A stretch of 41,399 nt of DNA from a virus. Made by a program: the position numbers and the translations under genes. Under the pieces are notes generated by a model. The model was not told where the DNA came from, ran no database searches, and was given only the letters and a program-made list of their open reading frames with translations. The number at the start of each line of letters is the position of its first letter. Within the stretch, counting starts at the first letter, position 1. Where the stretch lies: positions 1 through 41,399 of the IMG/VR virus record IMGVR_UViG_3300032007_000176, one strand, 5' to 3'. Of the stretch, positions 1 to 8,046 are shown one piece after another.

Positions 1-317
1 TGCCCTGGATGATGTACTTGCCGTCGAACGGGTGCCTGTCGTAGATGCTTGCGGCAATGGCCGTCAGCAGCTTCTGCTCATGCGTCGGGGGCACACCACG
101 AAAAATTCCGTTATCACCACATCTCACCCCATGCTGCTGATTGGCAGCCAGGTGAATGTCTTGCGGCACGATGAGCGCACGCGTCTCGATGCCCTCACCG
201 GCAATGCGGCTCACGATGGCCTCGATGTCCTCCGCGCTGATCCGCTCGCTCGTTTCCACTTGGATGTTGCACTCGCCGTGACCGATGAGCACCTCACAGG
301 CCACCTTCGGGTTGGCT
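1..317. repeat. Terminal direct repeat, copy 1 of 2 (identical to 41083..41399)
   Basis: Bases 1-317 match 41083-41399 letter for letter in the same orientation. The repeat lies inside one gene, so it is most simply the overlap of a circular or concatemeric assembly. Unique length is 41082 bp. Confidence 0.9.
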
Positions 318-472
318 TGCGCCCACCTCTGTCGCCCCTCGGCAGTGCTCAAATCCAATTTGCCATCATTGCTCCATCGGTTCCTGCTCTTTGTGTAGCA
401 GAGGTCAACGATTGCCCCTGCTATCCTGTCCGCCACCTTGTCAGGGTGGCTTGGGTTCACTTTCTCAAACAT
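1..472 (-). CDS. metK: S-adenosylmethionine synthetase (compact MetK-like), N-terminal part of a gene that wraps the window ends
   Basis: Absent from the ORF track because it runs off the window edge. The minus-strand ATG at 472..470 reads MFEKVNPSHPDKVADRIAGAIVDLCY, which contains the (G/S)HPDK N-terminal MetK motif. It is in frame with track ORF 40604..41386, whose first M is really an internal GTG. The joined protein is 316 aa. Confidence 0.8.
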   Translation of the reverse strand, partial: MFEKVNPSHPDKVADRIAGAIVDLCYTKSRNRWSNDGKLDLSTAEGRQRWAQANPKVACEVLIGHGECNIQVETSERISAEDIEAIVSRIAGEGIETRALIVPQDIHLAANQQHGVRCGDNGIFRGVPPTHEQKLLTAIAASIYDRHPFDGKYIIQG

Positions 473-505
473 GATTTTGTCGTTTTATGGGTTTAACTGA
501 ATTTA

Positions 506-1186
506 CTACCGCACATCGTTCTCGATGAAGTCCGACCATTGCACGGCCATTGCATGTGCGATGCCTTGAAACGTCTTCGATGCGTCCTTTGCTGTGTGAG
601 CCACACCGCGTGACCACTTCTGACCCTTCTTGCGCCCTCCCGTGTTCGATGGCAGGAACGTCTGATGGTCTCCGCAGAAGAGTGTCGGCATGAGTGGCGG
701 CAGGTTCTTCAGCCAAAGGTAGGTAGCCTTGCTGAATGGGTCGCCAAACTCATACGGCTGTACGATGGTGGATGGTTTCGGCAGTCCGACGATGGCAAGC
801 GGTCGGGGGTTCTCGATGGCGATGTACTTGCACTTGGCATCGTGCATCTTGAAGAAAAACGCCTTGGCTTCCATTGCCAGTTTCAAACGTTCCTCTGACA
901 GCTGCCCTGCTTTCGGGTACATCCATCGTGCGCCAGCCTTCGACATGTAGGTGCAAGGCGGGTGTGCCACAAGCAGCTGCCACTCGCCCTGCTGTCGGTG
1001 CCGCTTTCCGTCTTGCGTCGTAAATTCGCAGTCGCCATTCAGCAACGGCAAGCAATCGCCCACGACGTGCCATTCAGGATGACCGCCGCTGCATTCTTGC
1101 AAGTCGGCAGAGAAGGCTCGGTGTCCGAGTGCTCGGAATGCCTTGCAAACCGTCTGGCTTTCCTCGCAGGCTATCAGTACGTTCAT
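506..1186 (-). CDS. DNA (cytosine-5)-methyltransferase, compact phage type
   Basis: 226-aa ORF. It has a catalytic Pro-Cys motif (LLVAHPPCTYMS) and an ENV-like motif (YIAIENPRP). The N-terminal VLIACEESQTV...GH and C-terminal QPYEFGDPFSKATYLWLKNLPPL layout resembles small phage C5-MTases. Confidence 0.75.
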   Translation of the reverse strand: MNVLIACEESQTVCKAFRALGHRAFSADLQECSGGHPEWHVVGDCLPLLNGDCEFTTQDGKRHRQQGEWQLLVAHPPCTYMSKAGARWMYPKAGQLSEERLKLAMEAKAFFFKMHDAKCKYIAIENPRPLAIVGLPKPSTIVQPYEFGDPFSKATYLWLKNLPPLMPTLFCGDHQTFLPSNTGGRKKGQKWSRGVAHTAKDASKTFQGIAHAMAVQWSDFIENDVR

Positions 1187-1188
1187 AA

Positions 1189-1286
1189 ATCTTACATCTT
1201 ACATCTTACATCATACTTGCGCCAATGGGCGCACCAGTCCCCACTCCGCGAACTTCTCGAATCCGCCGAGGGTGTGGATGTAGAGC
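1189..1286. repeat. 98-bp direct repeat, copy A (partner at 40027..40124)
   Basis: Hand alignment gives 95/98 identical bases in the same orientation. The repeat covers the heptamer array, a stop codon and the last 24 codons of a MetK-like C terminus (LYIHTLGGFEKFAEWGLVRPLAQV). Confidence 0.9.
1191..1211 (-). repeat. Heptamer array (ATGTAAG)x3 on the coding strand, site A
   Basis: The plus strand reads cttacat three times in tandem. The array fills the gap between the stop of ORF 1211..1351 and the ATG of the methyltransferase. Confidence 0.9.
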
Positions 1287-1351
1287 ACCGGCGTATCCAG
1301 CTGACTCAGCAGATACTCCTCCATTGTCTGTTGTTCTTCTTGCTTTGCCAT
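1211..1351 (-). CDS. 46-aa chimeric small ORF: unique N terminus plus a MetK-tail remnant
   Basis: Below the track size cut-off. Reads MAKQEEQQTMEEYLLSQLDTPVLYIHTLGGFEKFAEWGLVRPLAQV. The last 24 aa are encoded by repeat copy A. Whether it is expressed is uncertain. Confidence 0.35.
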   Translation of the reverse strand: MAKQEEQQTMEEYLLSQLDTPVLYIHTLGGFEKFAEWGLVRPLAQV

Positions 1352-1394
1352 AGGTCTATTCTTTACTAACATTTCCGAAATTCTTTGCTAAGAA

Positions 1395-3344
1395 TCATTC
1401 TGCCACTTGGCCTTCACTCAGGTCGAAGCAATACAGTGCATCGAAGAGGGCGTGGATGCAATCGACCTTTTGCGTCTGGGTGGTCTTCATCACCTTTCGC
1501 AAGCCGCTTCCGGGTGATTCTTCTATCTTGCAATTTCCGAACATCCACGGCCAAAGGGGACTTTCGCTAAGTTCGAGCCACGGCGCTGGTTCTTGTGTGA
1601 GCAGCATGTGCTCCACCTCGTCCACCAGTCCGTTCATCGTTAGAAACGTCTGCGGGACGCTCACAACGCTGCTGGTGAGTGTCTTCTTGTCGTAACCGAG
1701 CGTCTGTAGCCAAGCCTTCAGCTCGTTTATTGGATTCTTCGACTGAGCTGGGTCGTAGCCAAACATGTAGAGGTTGAGCCGCTCGGCCTTGCTCATGATG
1801 TCGGCTATTGCGTAGCTCGATTCCATGACTTCGCCTTCCACCACGTGCAACCACCCTTGTGCCTCCCACTGCTCGAACAGCTCGCGGTGTGGCGAGGCGT
1901 TCAGAGCCGCACGTGTTATCCATGCTTCGGTGTCGGCGAAGAAGCGGCCTTCGGCGGTAGGTGCGAAGTAGTTCACGCCGAGGTAGCTGACGCCGAAGAG
2001 GTCGTTCGTGCCGCCAAAATCGAGACCTACGAAGATGCGCTTCCACCCCTCCTCGTATCGGCAGTCGGTGATGCGTCGCGGACGCTGATTCGGCCGCACT
2101 TGGTCGGCCTTCAGCCAAGTAGTGACGCGGCCACTCTGATAGACGTTGAAGAGCTTGCTCACCACCTCGTTCATCTTCTCGGGATTCTGCCGTGCCTTGG
2201 CAATCTCATCGTCGTAGAACGAGTGTTGCACGATGATGCCAAGCATCGGGTTCACCTTACGCCGCACCAGCTTCGACGTCAGCAGCGTCTCGGTGTCCTG
2301 CTGTTCCCACTCGTCGGGCTCCAGCAGAAGGCACATCTGTCGGTCTGTGCTCAGCTCGTGCACTGCCTCGGGGTCTGCCTCGCGTTCGAGCTGTATCTTC
2401 ATGCCGGCCAACTTATCAATAAATGGCCCTTGCGTAATGATGCCGGCGGTGGTAGAGATGAAGGTCATAGGCTCACGTCGCGGACCCATACTTGACTCCA
2501 CCACGCTCACCAGCTTACCCATGTCGCTGGCACCGTTCACGTAGGCCGCGCTTCCGTACTCGTCAGCCGAACACAGCTGCGCAAAGAGTCCGTCCTTCGT
2601 CTTGCCTCCGGCAGAGAGTGCCGTGAGCGATGCCGTGCGGAATTGCCCCGGCTTCCAATTTACTTGCGACGCTGTGAAGCGGATGCGCTTCTCGCGCGGG
2701 TCCATCTGGTGGATGAGCTCGCGGGTACGGCTGAAGAGTATCTTTGCCTGGTCGCTGGCGTTGGCGCAGCAGTAGCATTCAGCGTTCTCATCGCCGCTCA
2801 TAAAGTACCAGAACTGAATGAAGGCCGAGAGTTGCGTCTTCGCCGTTTTACGCGGCGTGAAGAATGTGAACTCCGTGCACAGCCGCCGCAGGTCGTAGAT
2901 GTAGCCGTCAGGCTCTGGGCGTTCTGTCCGCAGCATTCCGCGGCTGCCGATTTCGTTCTCGGTATTTATCCACGCTTTCAATAAAAACATGGAGGCAAGC
3001 ACGAACACTTGGAATGGTTGGAGTCGGTAGTGCATCGGCCCCGTGGTGCCTGGGTGTTTCAAGCCGCCCTCCACGTGTTGCCACATGTCATTGGTGAGTT
3101 GCCAGCGGCCCTCGTACTTGAACACCACGTCGCGGAATGTCTCGATGTCCAGCTCGTAGGTGTGCAGCAGCCGAAGCAGCTTCAAGGCGCTCAGCAGCTC
3201 GTAGGCGTTGTGCGCCTCCGGCTCTTCGATGAGACGCGCGTAGTAGAGCGAAAGCCGCGGCTCAATTCCTACCACGTCTATATGCTTCGTTGCGTAGCGC
3301 TCGGCCAAAAGTTCGTGAATGCGTTGTTTGTCTTTCTCTGTCAT
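1395..3344 (-). CDS. terL: Terminase large subunit
   Basis: 649 aa. Walker A-like FFTPRKTAKTQL, Walker B-like LCSADEYGS and a C-terminal nuclease-sized domain. It sits directly after a small terminase gene. Confidence 0.9.
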   Translation of the reverse strand: MTEKDKQRIHELLAERYATKHIDVVGIEPRLSLYYARLIEEPEAHNAYELLSALKLLRLLHTYELDIETFRDVVFKYEGRWQLTNDMWQHVEGGLKHPGTTGPMHYRLQPFQVFVLASMFLLKAWINTENEIGSRGMLRTERPEPDGYIYDLRRLCTEFTFFTPRKTAKTQLSAFIQFWYFMSGDENAECYCCANASDQAKILFSRTRELIHQMDPREKRIRFTASQVNWKPGQFRTASLTALSAGGKTKDGLFAQLCSADEYGSAAYVNGASDMGKLVSVVESSMGPRREPMTFISTTAGIITQGPFIDKLAGMKIQLEREADPEAVHELSTDRQMCLLLEPDEWEQQDTETLLTSKLVRRKVNPMLGIIVQHSFYDDEIAKARQNPEKMNEVVSKLFNVYQSGRVTTWLKADQVRPNQRPRRITDCRYEEGWKRIFVGLDFGGTNDLFGVSYLGVNYFAPTAEGRFFADTEAWITRAALNASPHRELFEQWEAQGWLHVVEGEVMESSYAIADIMSKAERLNLYMFGYDPAQSKNPINELKAWLQTLGYDKKTLTSSVVSVPQTFLTMNGLVDEVEHMLLTQEPAPWLELSESPLWPWMFGNCKIEESPGSGLRKVMKTTQTQKVDCIHALFDALYCFDLSEGQVAE

Positions 3345-3724
3345 AGCTTTTTCTTGTAGTATTCAAGCATCGGGTCGTTATCTGCCACCTTGTCCACTGG
3401 CTCCGTCTTCACTGCTGCCTTTGCCGCAGTCAGTCCGAGCATCTTGGCGTACTGCTGACAGATGGCCTCCTGCTGGTATAGCAAATTGCACAGCGGGTTC
3501 TGCTTCCATGACGGTATGCCATTTGTCAGTCCTGGTTGCATGACCATCGGCTCCTTGATGACCTTCTCGCGGTACACGTCGCGCAGTTCCAACGCCGTCG
3601 CATAGTTGCGAATGGTCAGTTCCAATTCCTTCGGCACTTCGCCGTTGTGTCCAGCCCGCACCTGCGAACGAATCTCCGTCAAATATCCTTTTGCTTTCAT
3701 GTCTTTTTGATTTTCGTTGTCCAC
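3341..3724 (-). CDS. terS: Terminase small subunit (P27-like)
   Basis: 127 aa. The YATALELRD...NPLCNLLYQQEAICQQYAKMLGLTAAKAAV layout resembles P27-family small terminases. It overlaps the terL start by 4 nt. Confidence 0.7.
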   Translation of the reverse strand: MDNENQKDMKAKGYLTEIRSQVRAGHNGEVPKELELTIRNYATALELRDVYREKVIKEPMVMQPGLTNGIPSWKQNPLCNLLYQQEAICQQYAKMLGLTAAKAAVKTEPVDKVADNDPMLEYYKKKL

Positions 3725-4128
3725 GTGTCGTCGTCCACGTAGTAGAATCGAACGCCTTTATACTTGTGGTCGGTGTTGATGATTCCAGTTTGCCGCCCGT
3801 TCGATTTCCGAAGAATGTTGTGCTTCTGGTTGAACTGGCAGCAGCGGCGTATGTTAGCTGCTCGGCAGTTTATCCATTTGGCCGCTGGCTCTGCGTGTGG
3901 AAACACCACCCACTCTCCATCTTCGAATACTGCCACCACCTGCTTTTTTTGTTTTCCAGAAAGCGGCGAGCGATGGTGTGGCCTTCGGTCTGCAGCGTGT
4001 CCCTCTATGCTCATCCACTCCTGCCAGCGGCGTCCTTTATTGTGCGGCGTGTTGCCAATCTGAAACTGGTTAGGTCGCGTCTGTGGCTTCTCGCAGACAA
4101 TACCGAGGTTCAATTCTCCATAGCTCAT
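3697..4128 (-). CDS. Hypothetical protein, possible DNA-binding module
   Basis: 143 aa. The GNTPHNKG and AAKWINCRAANIRRC segments recall DNA-binding modules associated with homing endonucleases. It overlaps terS by 28 nt. The functional call is weak. Confidence 0.4.
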   Translation of the reverse strand: MSYGELNLGIVCEKPQTRPNQFQIGNTPHNKGRRWQEWMSIEGHAADRRPHHRSPLSGKQKKQVVAVFEDGEWVVFPHAEPAAKWINCRAANIRRCCQFNQKHNILRKSNGRQTGIINTDHKYKGVRFYYVDDDTWTTKIKKT

Positions 4129-4529
4129 TCTTCTGCCGGTTGTGTGAATCTCTTCTGTATGTCGAAACTCTCATATTCACCACTCTCGTTCTGTCGGCTC
4201 ACGATGCCGTCGAAGCCTCTGCGCCGCAGCTCGTACAGAATGTTGGTGATGCCAGCATCGGCAAGGTTGCTCGTGGTGTTCGGCTCGTTCTCCTCGATGA
4301 ACTTGTTTATCCGCCCCCACCATTTTGTCTCCAGCTCGATGCGGCGCTGGTGCAGTCCTTGCGCAGACTGTCGCAGCTTGCACACTTCCTTGTGTAGTTC
4401 GTCAATCTGGCGGTGCTTGGCCGCTATCTCTTCCTTTATCTCGGCCGTCATGGTTGCCACCTCGTTCAGTGCCGCATTGCGCGCGGCCTTCATACTTCTC
4501 ACTTCGTTGTCGAATTCAATGCGTGTCAT
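4125..4529 (-). CDS. Hypothetical coiled-coil protein
   Basis: 134-aa ORF, co-oriented with and tightly packed against its neighbours. Confidence 0.5.
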   Translation of the reverse strand: MTRIEFDNEVRSMKAARNAALNEVATMTAEIKEEIAAKHRQIDELHKEVCKLRQSAQGLHQRRIELETKWWGRINKFIEENEPNTTSNLADAGITNILYELRRRGFDGIVSRQNESGEYESFDIQKRFTQPAEE

Positions 4530-4542
4530 GGTTCCTTTGGTT

Positions 4543-4857
4543 TTAATTGGTGAATAATGTTTTGAAAAAATCTTTTGCTTTCTTTGCTACCGACTTAGGC
4601 GGTTCGTACTTGCGCTCTTCGACTTCGTAGCCGACGAAACGCCCGTCACGATACGCCACCATGATGTACTGACCATTCCACACGCAGAAGAGCGGCTGAC
4701 CTTTCGACAGCGTTTCAAGTTCCGCATTGGTGAAGGGTTCGGTCGGTACATTCGGGATTTCTCTCTGCATCCGTCCTGTGTCTATCAGTTCGGATGCCTC
4801 TTCGTCGCTCAGCACCTTCCATCGTGTGAGCGTGTGAACTGGTTTTGGATTTGCCAT
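4543..4857 (-). CDS. Hypothetical protein
   Basis: 104-aa ORF. Its ATG is preceded by the recurrent AAGGAACT context. Confidence 0.55.
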   Translation of the reverse strand: MANPKPVHTLTRWKVLSDEEASELIDTGRMQREIPNVPTEPFTNAELETLSKGQPLFCVWNGQYIMVAYRDGRFVGYEVEERKYEPPKSVAKKAKDFFKTLFTN

Positions 4858-4863
4858 AGTTCC

Positions 4864-5208
4864 TTATTTGTGAAATTTGATTTGTAGTTGCAAGGTGCAT
4901 TCATACGGAATGCGGCAGTCGTTGAACGTCTGCGTCGAGATGCCGAGCTTTCGCTGTGGCAGTTGCATCCACGAATGCCAGCGGTTGTCGCACGGCCTGT
5001 GCAGTGGGTGGTTGCTGTCGCGCTCACTGGCTCGCACCTTGGAGCCGCGTTGTGTGATGGCTTCCATAGTTCCGCAACAGACGTGTGTCTCCTTCGAATT
5101 TTTTGGTCGCGCCACGTATTTCGGCACGAGTCCGAGCAGCGGACACTCGGCGCAGCAGTCAGGTTGCTCTGCCGGCAGCTTCACTTGCACGATGTTTCGT
5201 TTCGGCAT
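4864..5208 (-). CDS. Hypothetical Cys-rich protein
   Basis: The track ORF 4864..5283 is trimmed to the MPKRNIVQ start. It has CCAEC, HVCC and other Cys pairs that suggest metal binding. The start choice is uncertain. Confidence 0.45.
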   Translation of the reverse strand: MPKRNIVQVKLPAEQPDCCAECPLLGLVPKYVARPKNSKETHVCCGTMEAITQRGSKVRASERDSNHPLHRPCDNRWHSWMQLPQRKLGISTQTFNDCRIPYECTLQLQIKFHK

Positions 5209-5380
5209 AATTCTTTTTTCTTTTAAGTGGTAATTTGTCTTTTGCATAGCCAACAGCCTCAAAGGTGGTGGCCTCATTCCCATTCATATTTGTGTAATCC
5301 GTTGGGAAAAAGTACCCTCCCTGAAAGTTCAGATTTTAACTCTAACCTTCGGCTGAGTGGATTTCGGAGTCGTTCGCCCT

Positions 5381-5420
5381 CCAAATAAAACGACCCGCCC
5401 GGGTTTCAGTCTGTGGGCGG
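5381..5420 (-). terminator. Candidate intrinsic terminator after the HNH gene
   Basis: On the minus strand CCGCCC (5420-5415) pairs with GGGCGG (5400-5395) around a 14-nt loop that contains the stop codon. GTCGTTTTATTTGG follows. Confidence 0.45.
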
Positions 5421-5921
5421 TTTTGGGCTTGCGGCTCGCTGCTTCCACGCTTCGAACTCGGCTTTTTGTCGCTCTGTCAGCTCGTCGCGCGTCAGCCAGC
5501 CGAACTTTGTCTTGCGAAGTCCGCGCTTTACTGGTGGCACGTACACGCCGCCTTGCTTCTCGACGAATTGTTTAAGTCGCTGCTGCGGCTCGTTGTTCGT
5601 GATGTCTTGCTTGGGCATGTAGCGCGTGCCTTGTCCGGCGTGGCTCCTAAGTTCTTCGTGCGCTCGGTGGTGGCAGTCGGCGCAGAGCAATTGCAAATTG
5701 TCGTAACGATAGCACAATTCTCGCATTGCTTCCAGCGTTTCGCCTGACTCCACCGGCGTGCGATGGTGCACTGTCTTCGCTGCGGTGATGATGCCTAACT
5801 CTTTGCATCGCTCGCAGAGTCCTTGACAGTCGCGTATCTTGGCGGCTCTGAGCTCTCGCCACTCGCGGCTCTGAAGCAGTTGCATGTAGAGGCGGTGTCG
5901 CTCGTTGCGGTTACTCTTCAT
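5406..5921 (-). CDS. HNH endonuclease (terminase-associated type)
   Basis: 171 aa. CERCKE...VHHRTP...NLQLLCADCHHRAHEE is a CxxC / HH / N / CxxH HNH signature. The gene lies upstream of terS-terL. Confidence 0.85.
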   Translation of the reverse strand: MKSNRNERHRLYMQLLQSREWRELRAAKIRDCQGLCERCKELGIITAAKTVHHRTPVESGETLEAMRELCYRYDNLQLLCADCHHRAHEELRSHAGQGTRYMPKQDITNNEPQQRLKQFVEKQGGVYVPPVKRGLRKTKFGWLTRDELTERQKAEFEAWKQRAASPKPPTD

Positions 5922-6054
5922 CGTCGCGCTTCAGTTTCCAGATTGTCACGTTCGGGCCTTGCACGAACATCTTCTCTGCTCTGCCCTCGCGCACCATCTT
6001 TGCGATGGCACTGGCTTGCACGGCCAGCACGTGCCGGCGTTGTGCGTCAGTCAT
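5911..6054 (-). CDS. 47-aa small ORF
   Basis: Below the track cut-off. Reads MTDAQRRHVLAVQASAIAKMVREGRAEKMFVQGPNVTIWKLKRDDEE. It overlaps both neighbours by a few nt, a translationally coupled layout. Confidence 0.3.
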   Translation of the reverse strand: MTDAQRRHVLAVQASAIAKMVREGRAEKMFVQGPNVTIWKLKRDDEE

Positions 6055-6721
6055 TGGTAGTCTCATTTGTGAAGTTGAATTCATTGCTATACGTGTCTTT
6101 GTGATGTTTACGTTTGTATGGTTGTTCTGCCGGCTTGCGTCCGAATTCGCTCCTATCGGCGTCTTCGAACAGTCGCCTCAGTTCCTCCACGTCTTCCTCG
6201 CGGCTGAAGTGGTCGATGAGTTTGTCGAACAGTTCCAACTGGCTCTCGCATCCCATTTCTGCCGCAAGCAGCCGCAAGCGTCTGTATCGCTCTGGCGTCA
6301 GCAAGCAGAGTGTGCGTTCCAGTATGTGCTGAATGTTCATGTCTTCAGACCAGTTGCCGAAGAATGGTTTCGTTACGTGCACCGCGCGGCAGCCCTTCTG
6401 TTGGCCCGACTCGTCGAACATGTAGTACGTCGCCTCGCCGATTACTTTCTCAACGCTCGGGTCGGCGTGGTTCAGTGCGTCCTTCCAGCCCTCCATGTGT
6501 TCGAAGATGGCCATTGCCTTTTCCATTTCTGGCGTCAAGTTATGGCGATCGTCCATATAGCGGACAATCGTGTCGGCAAACATTTGCATGAGCTTGTAGT
6601 AGCTGATGCCCGTTTTCCTTTCAATCTTCTGAATGCGCGCGTAGGTCTCTGGCCTAACCTTCGTTTGCATCATCATATAATTGTTTCCCTCCATGTTATT
6701 GTAAGTTGAATTTTGCCGCAA
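6047..6721 (-). CDS. Hypothetical protein
   Basis: 224-aa ORF. The true start is probably one of the internal Met codons at 6694-6670, because the first codons overlap the end of the primase gene. Confidence 0.55.
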   Translation of the reverse strand: MRQNSTYNNMEGNNYMMMQTKVRPETYARIQKIERKTGISYYKLMQMFADTIVRYMDDRHNLTPEMEKAMAIFEHMEGWKDALNHADPSVEKVIGEATYYMFDESGQQKGCRAVHVTKPFFGNWSEDMNIQHILERTLCLLTPERYRRLRLLAAEMGCESQLELFDKLIDHFSREEDVEELRRLFEDADRSEFGRKPAEQPYKRKHHKDTYSNEFNFTNETTND

Positions 6722-7847
6722 GCATCGCCACGGCAGGGTTCTTTTCTTTGATTTTCTCCAGCATCGATTTATTGCGCTCGTTGATTATGCGCAGCACCAC
6801 GTCCGCGATGTCGGCCTTTGGCCCATCGCACTCTCGCCACCACTGCTTCACCGCCTGTGTGTTCATATCCACCGCGTAGCCCAGTTGGTTGGCCTTCTGT
6901 GCCCACAGCTGTATGCCGTCTCGGTCGGGGAATAGCACGATGCGGCGCTTGCCCTTGATGAGCGGTGCCAGTCGCTCGGCGTTAAGGTTCTGACTTCCGG
7001 CGCAAGCCGCCCACAGTTGCGTGGCATTGTTGCCGTAGGCCGTGGCCATGATTAGTGCCGTTTTCTCGCTCTCCACCACGTTCACCGTCGCGTCTGGGTA
7101 TCGCGTCAGCAGATGCTCACCGAATAGGCAGTAGCTGGCCGAGTTCACGCGCTCGTCGAACTTGTCGTGGTCGGCGTACTTCATCCGCGCGTGTAGCCAC
7201 GTCTGGTTGTAGTCTGTCGCCTTGTCGCGGTGGCCGTCTTCGCGGTACTTCATCAGGTGGCCGTTGTGGAGGATTCCGTCAGCATCGAGCTGCCAGAAGA
7301 TTGTCCATTCGTGCCACTCGCCTTTCCACGCGAACGACGTGTGGCCGACGCGGTAGTCTGTCAGTACCTCGCGCAGACGTGCTCGTTGCACCTCGTCCCA
7401 CGGCTGTCGGCGTAGCCAGCGCACCAGGTTGTCTGTGTCGAGTGTGGTGTAGTAGTCCACCCAACGCGCCGGCCACAGACGCGGCGGCAAGTCGGGCGGC
7501 AGCCGGTCTTCCAGCGGCACTGGCTTCGAGGCCTTCACGTCGAATTTCTTCTGCTCTTCGTCCACGAAGATGCCGTACTTCTGAGCAAGCCATCGCAGCG
7601 CGTCTGGGTAGGTCATCCCATTGTACTTTATCAAGAACTCGATGGGACCGCCTTTTGCGCCGCAGGAATAGCACACAAAGCAGTTGTGTGACGGAGAAAC
7701 GACGAACGATCCCAACCTCCTATCGTCGTGGAACGGGCACAGCGTCTCATAGTGCGAGCCGCGCTTCTTCAACGTCAAAAAGTCGCTTATCACGTCCACA
7801 ATATTGGCAGCGTCCTTGATTGTCTGTTCGGTTGTTTTGTCTATCAT
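6696..7847 (-). CDS. DNA primase (DnaG-type zinc finger plus Toprim-like region)
   Basis: CPFHDDRRLGSFVVSPSHNCFVCYSCGAKGGPIEFL is a CHC2 zinc finger. VNVVESEKTALIMA and LFPDRDG later in the protein are Toprim-like acidic motifs. Confidence 0.85.
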   Translation of the reverse strand: MIDKTTEQTIKDAANIVDVISDFLTLKKRGSHYETLCPFHDDRRLGSFVVSPSHNCFVCYSCGAKGGPIEFLIKYNGMTYPDALRWLAQKYGIFVDEEQKKFDVKASKPVPLEDRLPPDLPPRLWPARWVDYYTTLDTDNLVRWLRRQPWDEVQRARLREVLTDYRVGHTSFAWKGEWHEWTIFWQLDADGILHNGHLMKYREDGHRDKATDYNQTWLHARMKYADHDKFDERVNSASYCLFGEHLLTRYPDATVNVVESEKTALIMATAYGNNATQLWAACAGSQNLNAERLAPLIKGKRRIVLFPDRDGIQLWAQKANQLGYAVDMNTQAVKQWWRECDGPKADIADVVLRIINERNKSMLEKIKEKNPAVAMLAAKFNLQ

Positions 7848-8046
7848 TTTAAACCTCCTATCTATGCCTTAACGCGCGACGCGCGCGCGAGACCGCGAAC
7901 GGGTGTAACCAGCCCTCTCTGCCCGCGCCCATATCAGCGCAGGGCAGTGGGCTTGTTGCCCCGTGCGGGCTTGTATCTTGACCTTTGGGCAAGTTACTCT
8001 TAATATATATTTTTAATATATATATTAAAATTTTGGGCAAGTTACT
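7848..8046. other. Candidate replication origin between the ATPase and primase genes
   Basis: A GC-rich structured block (7871-7975) is followed by a 34-bp pure A/T core (8001-8034). The core is bracketed by the exact 15-bp direct repeat tttgggcaagttact (7984-7998 and 8032-8046). TAATATATAT occurs twice inside the core and gggcttgt twice at 7949-7973. Confidence 0.4.

Noticed and set aside
7984-8013. Plus-strand promoter-like TTTG, 18 nt, TATATTTT in the origin-like region.
   Set aside because: It would transcribe antisense into the ATPase gene, and the -7 box lacks the terminal G. The AT-rich core generates such near-matches by chance.
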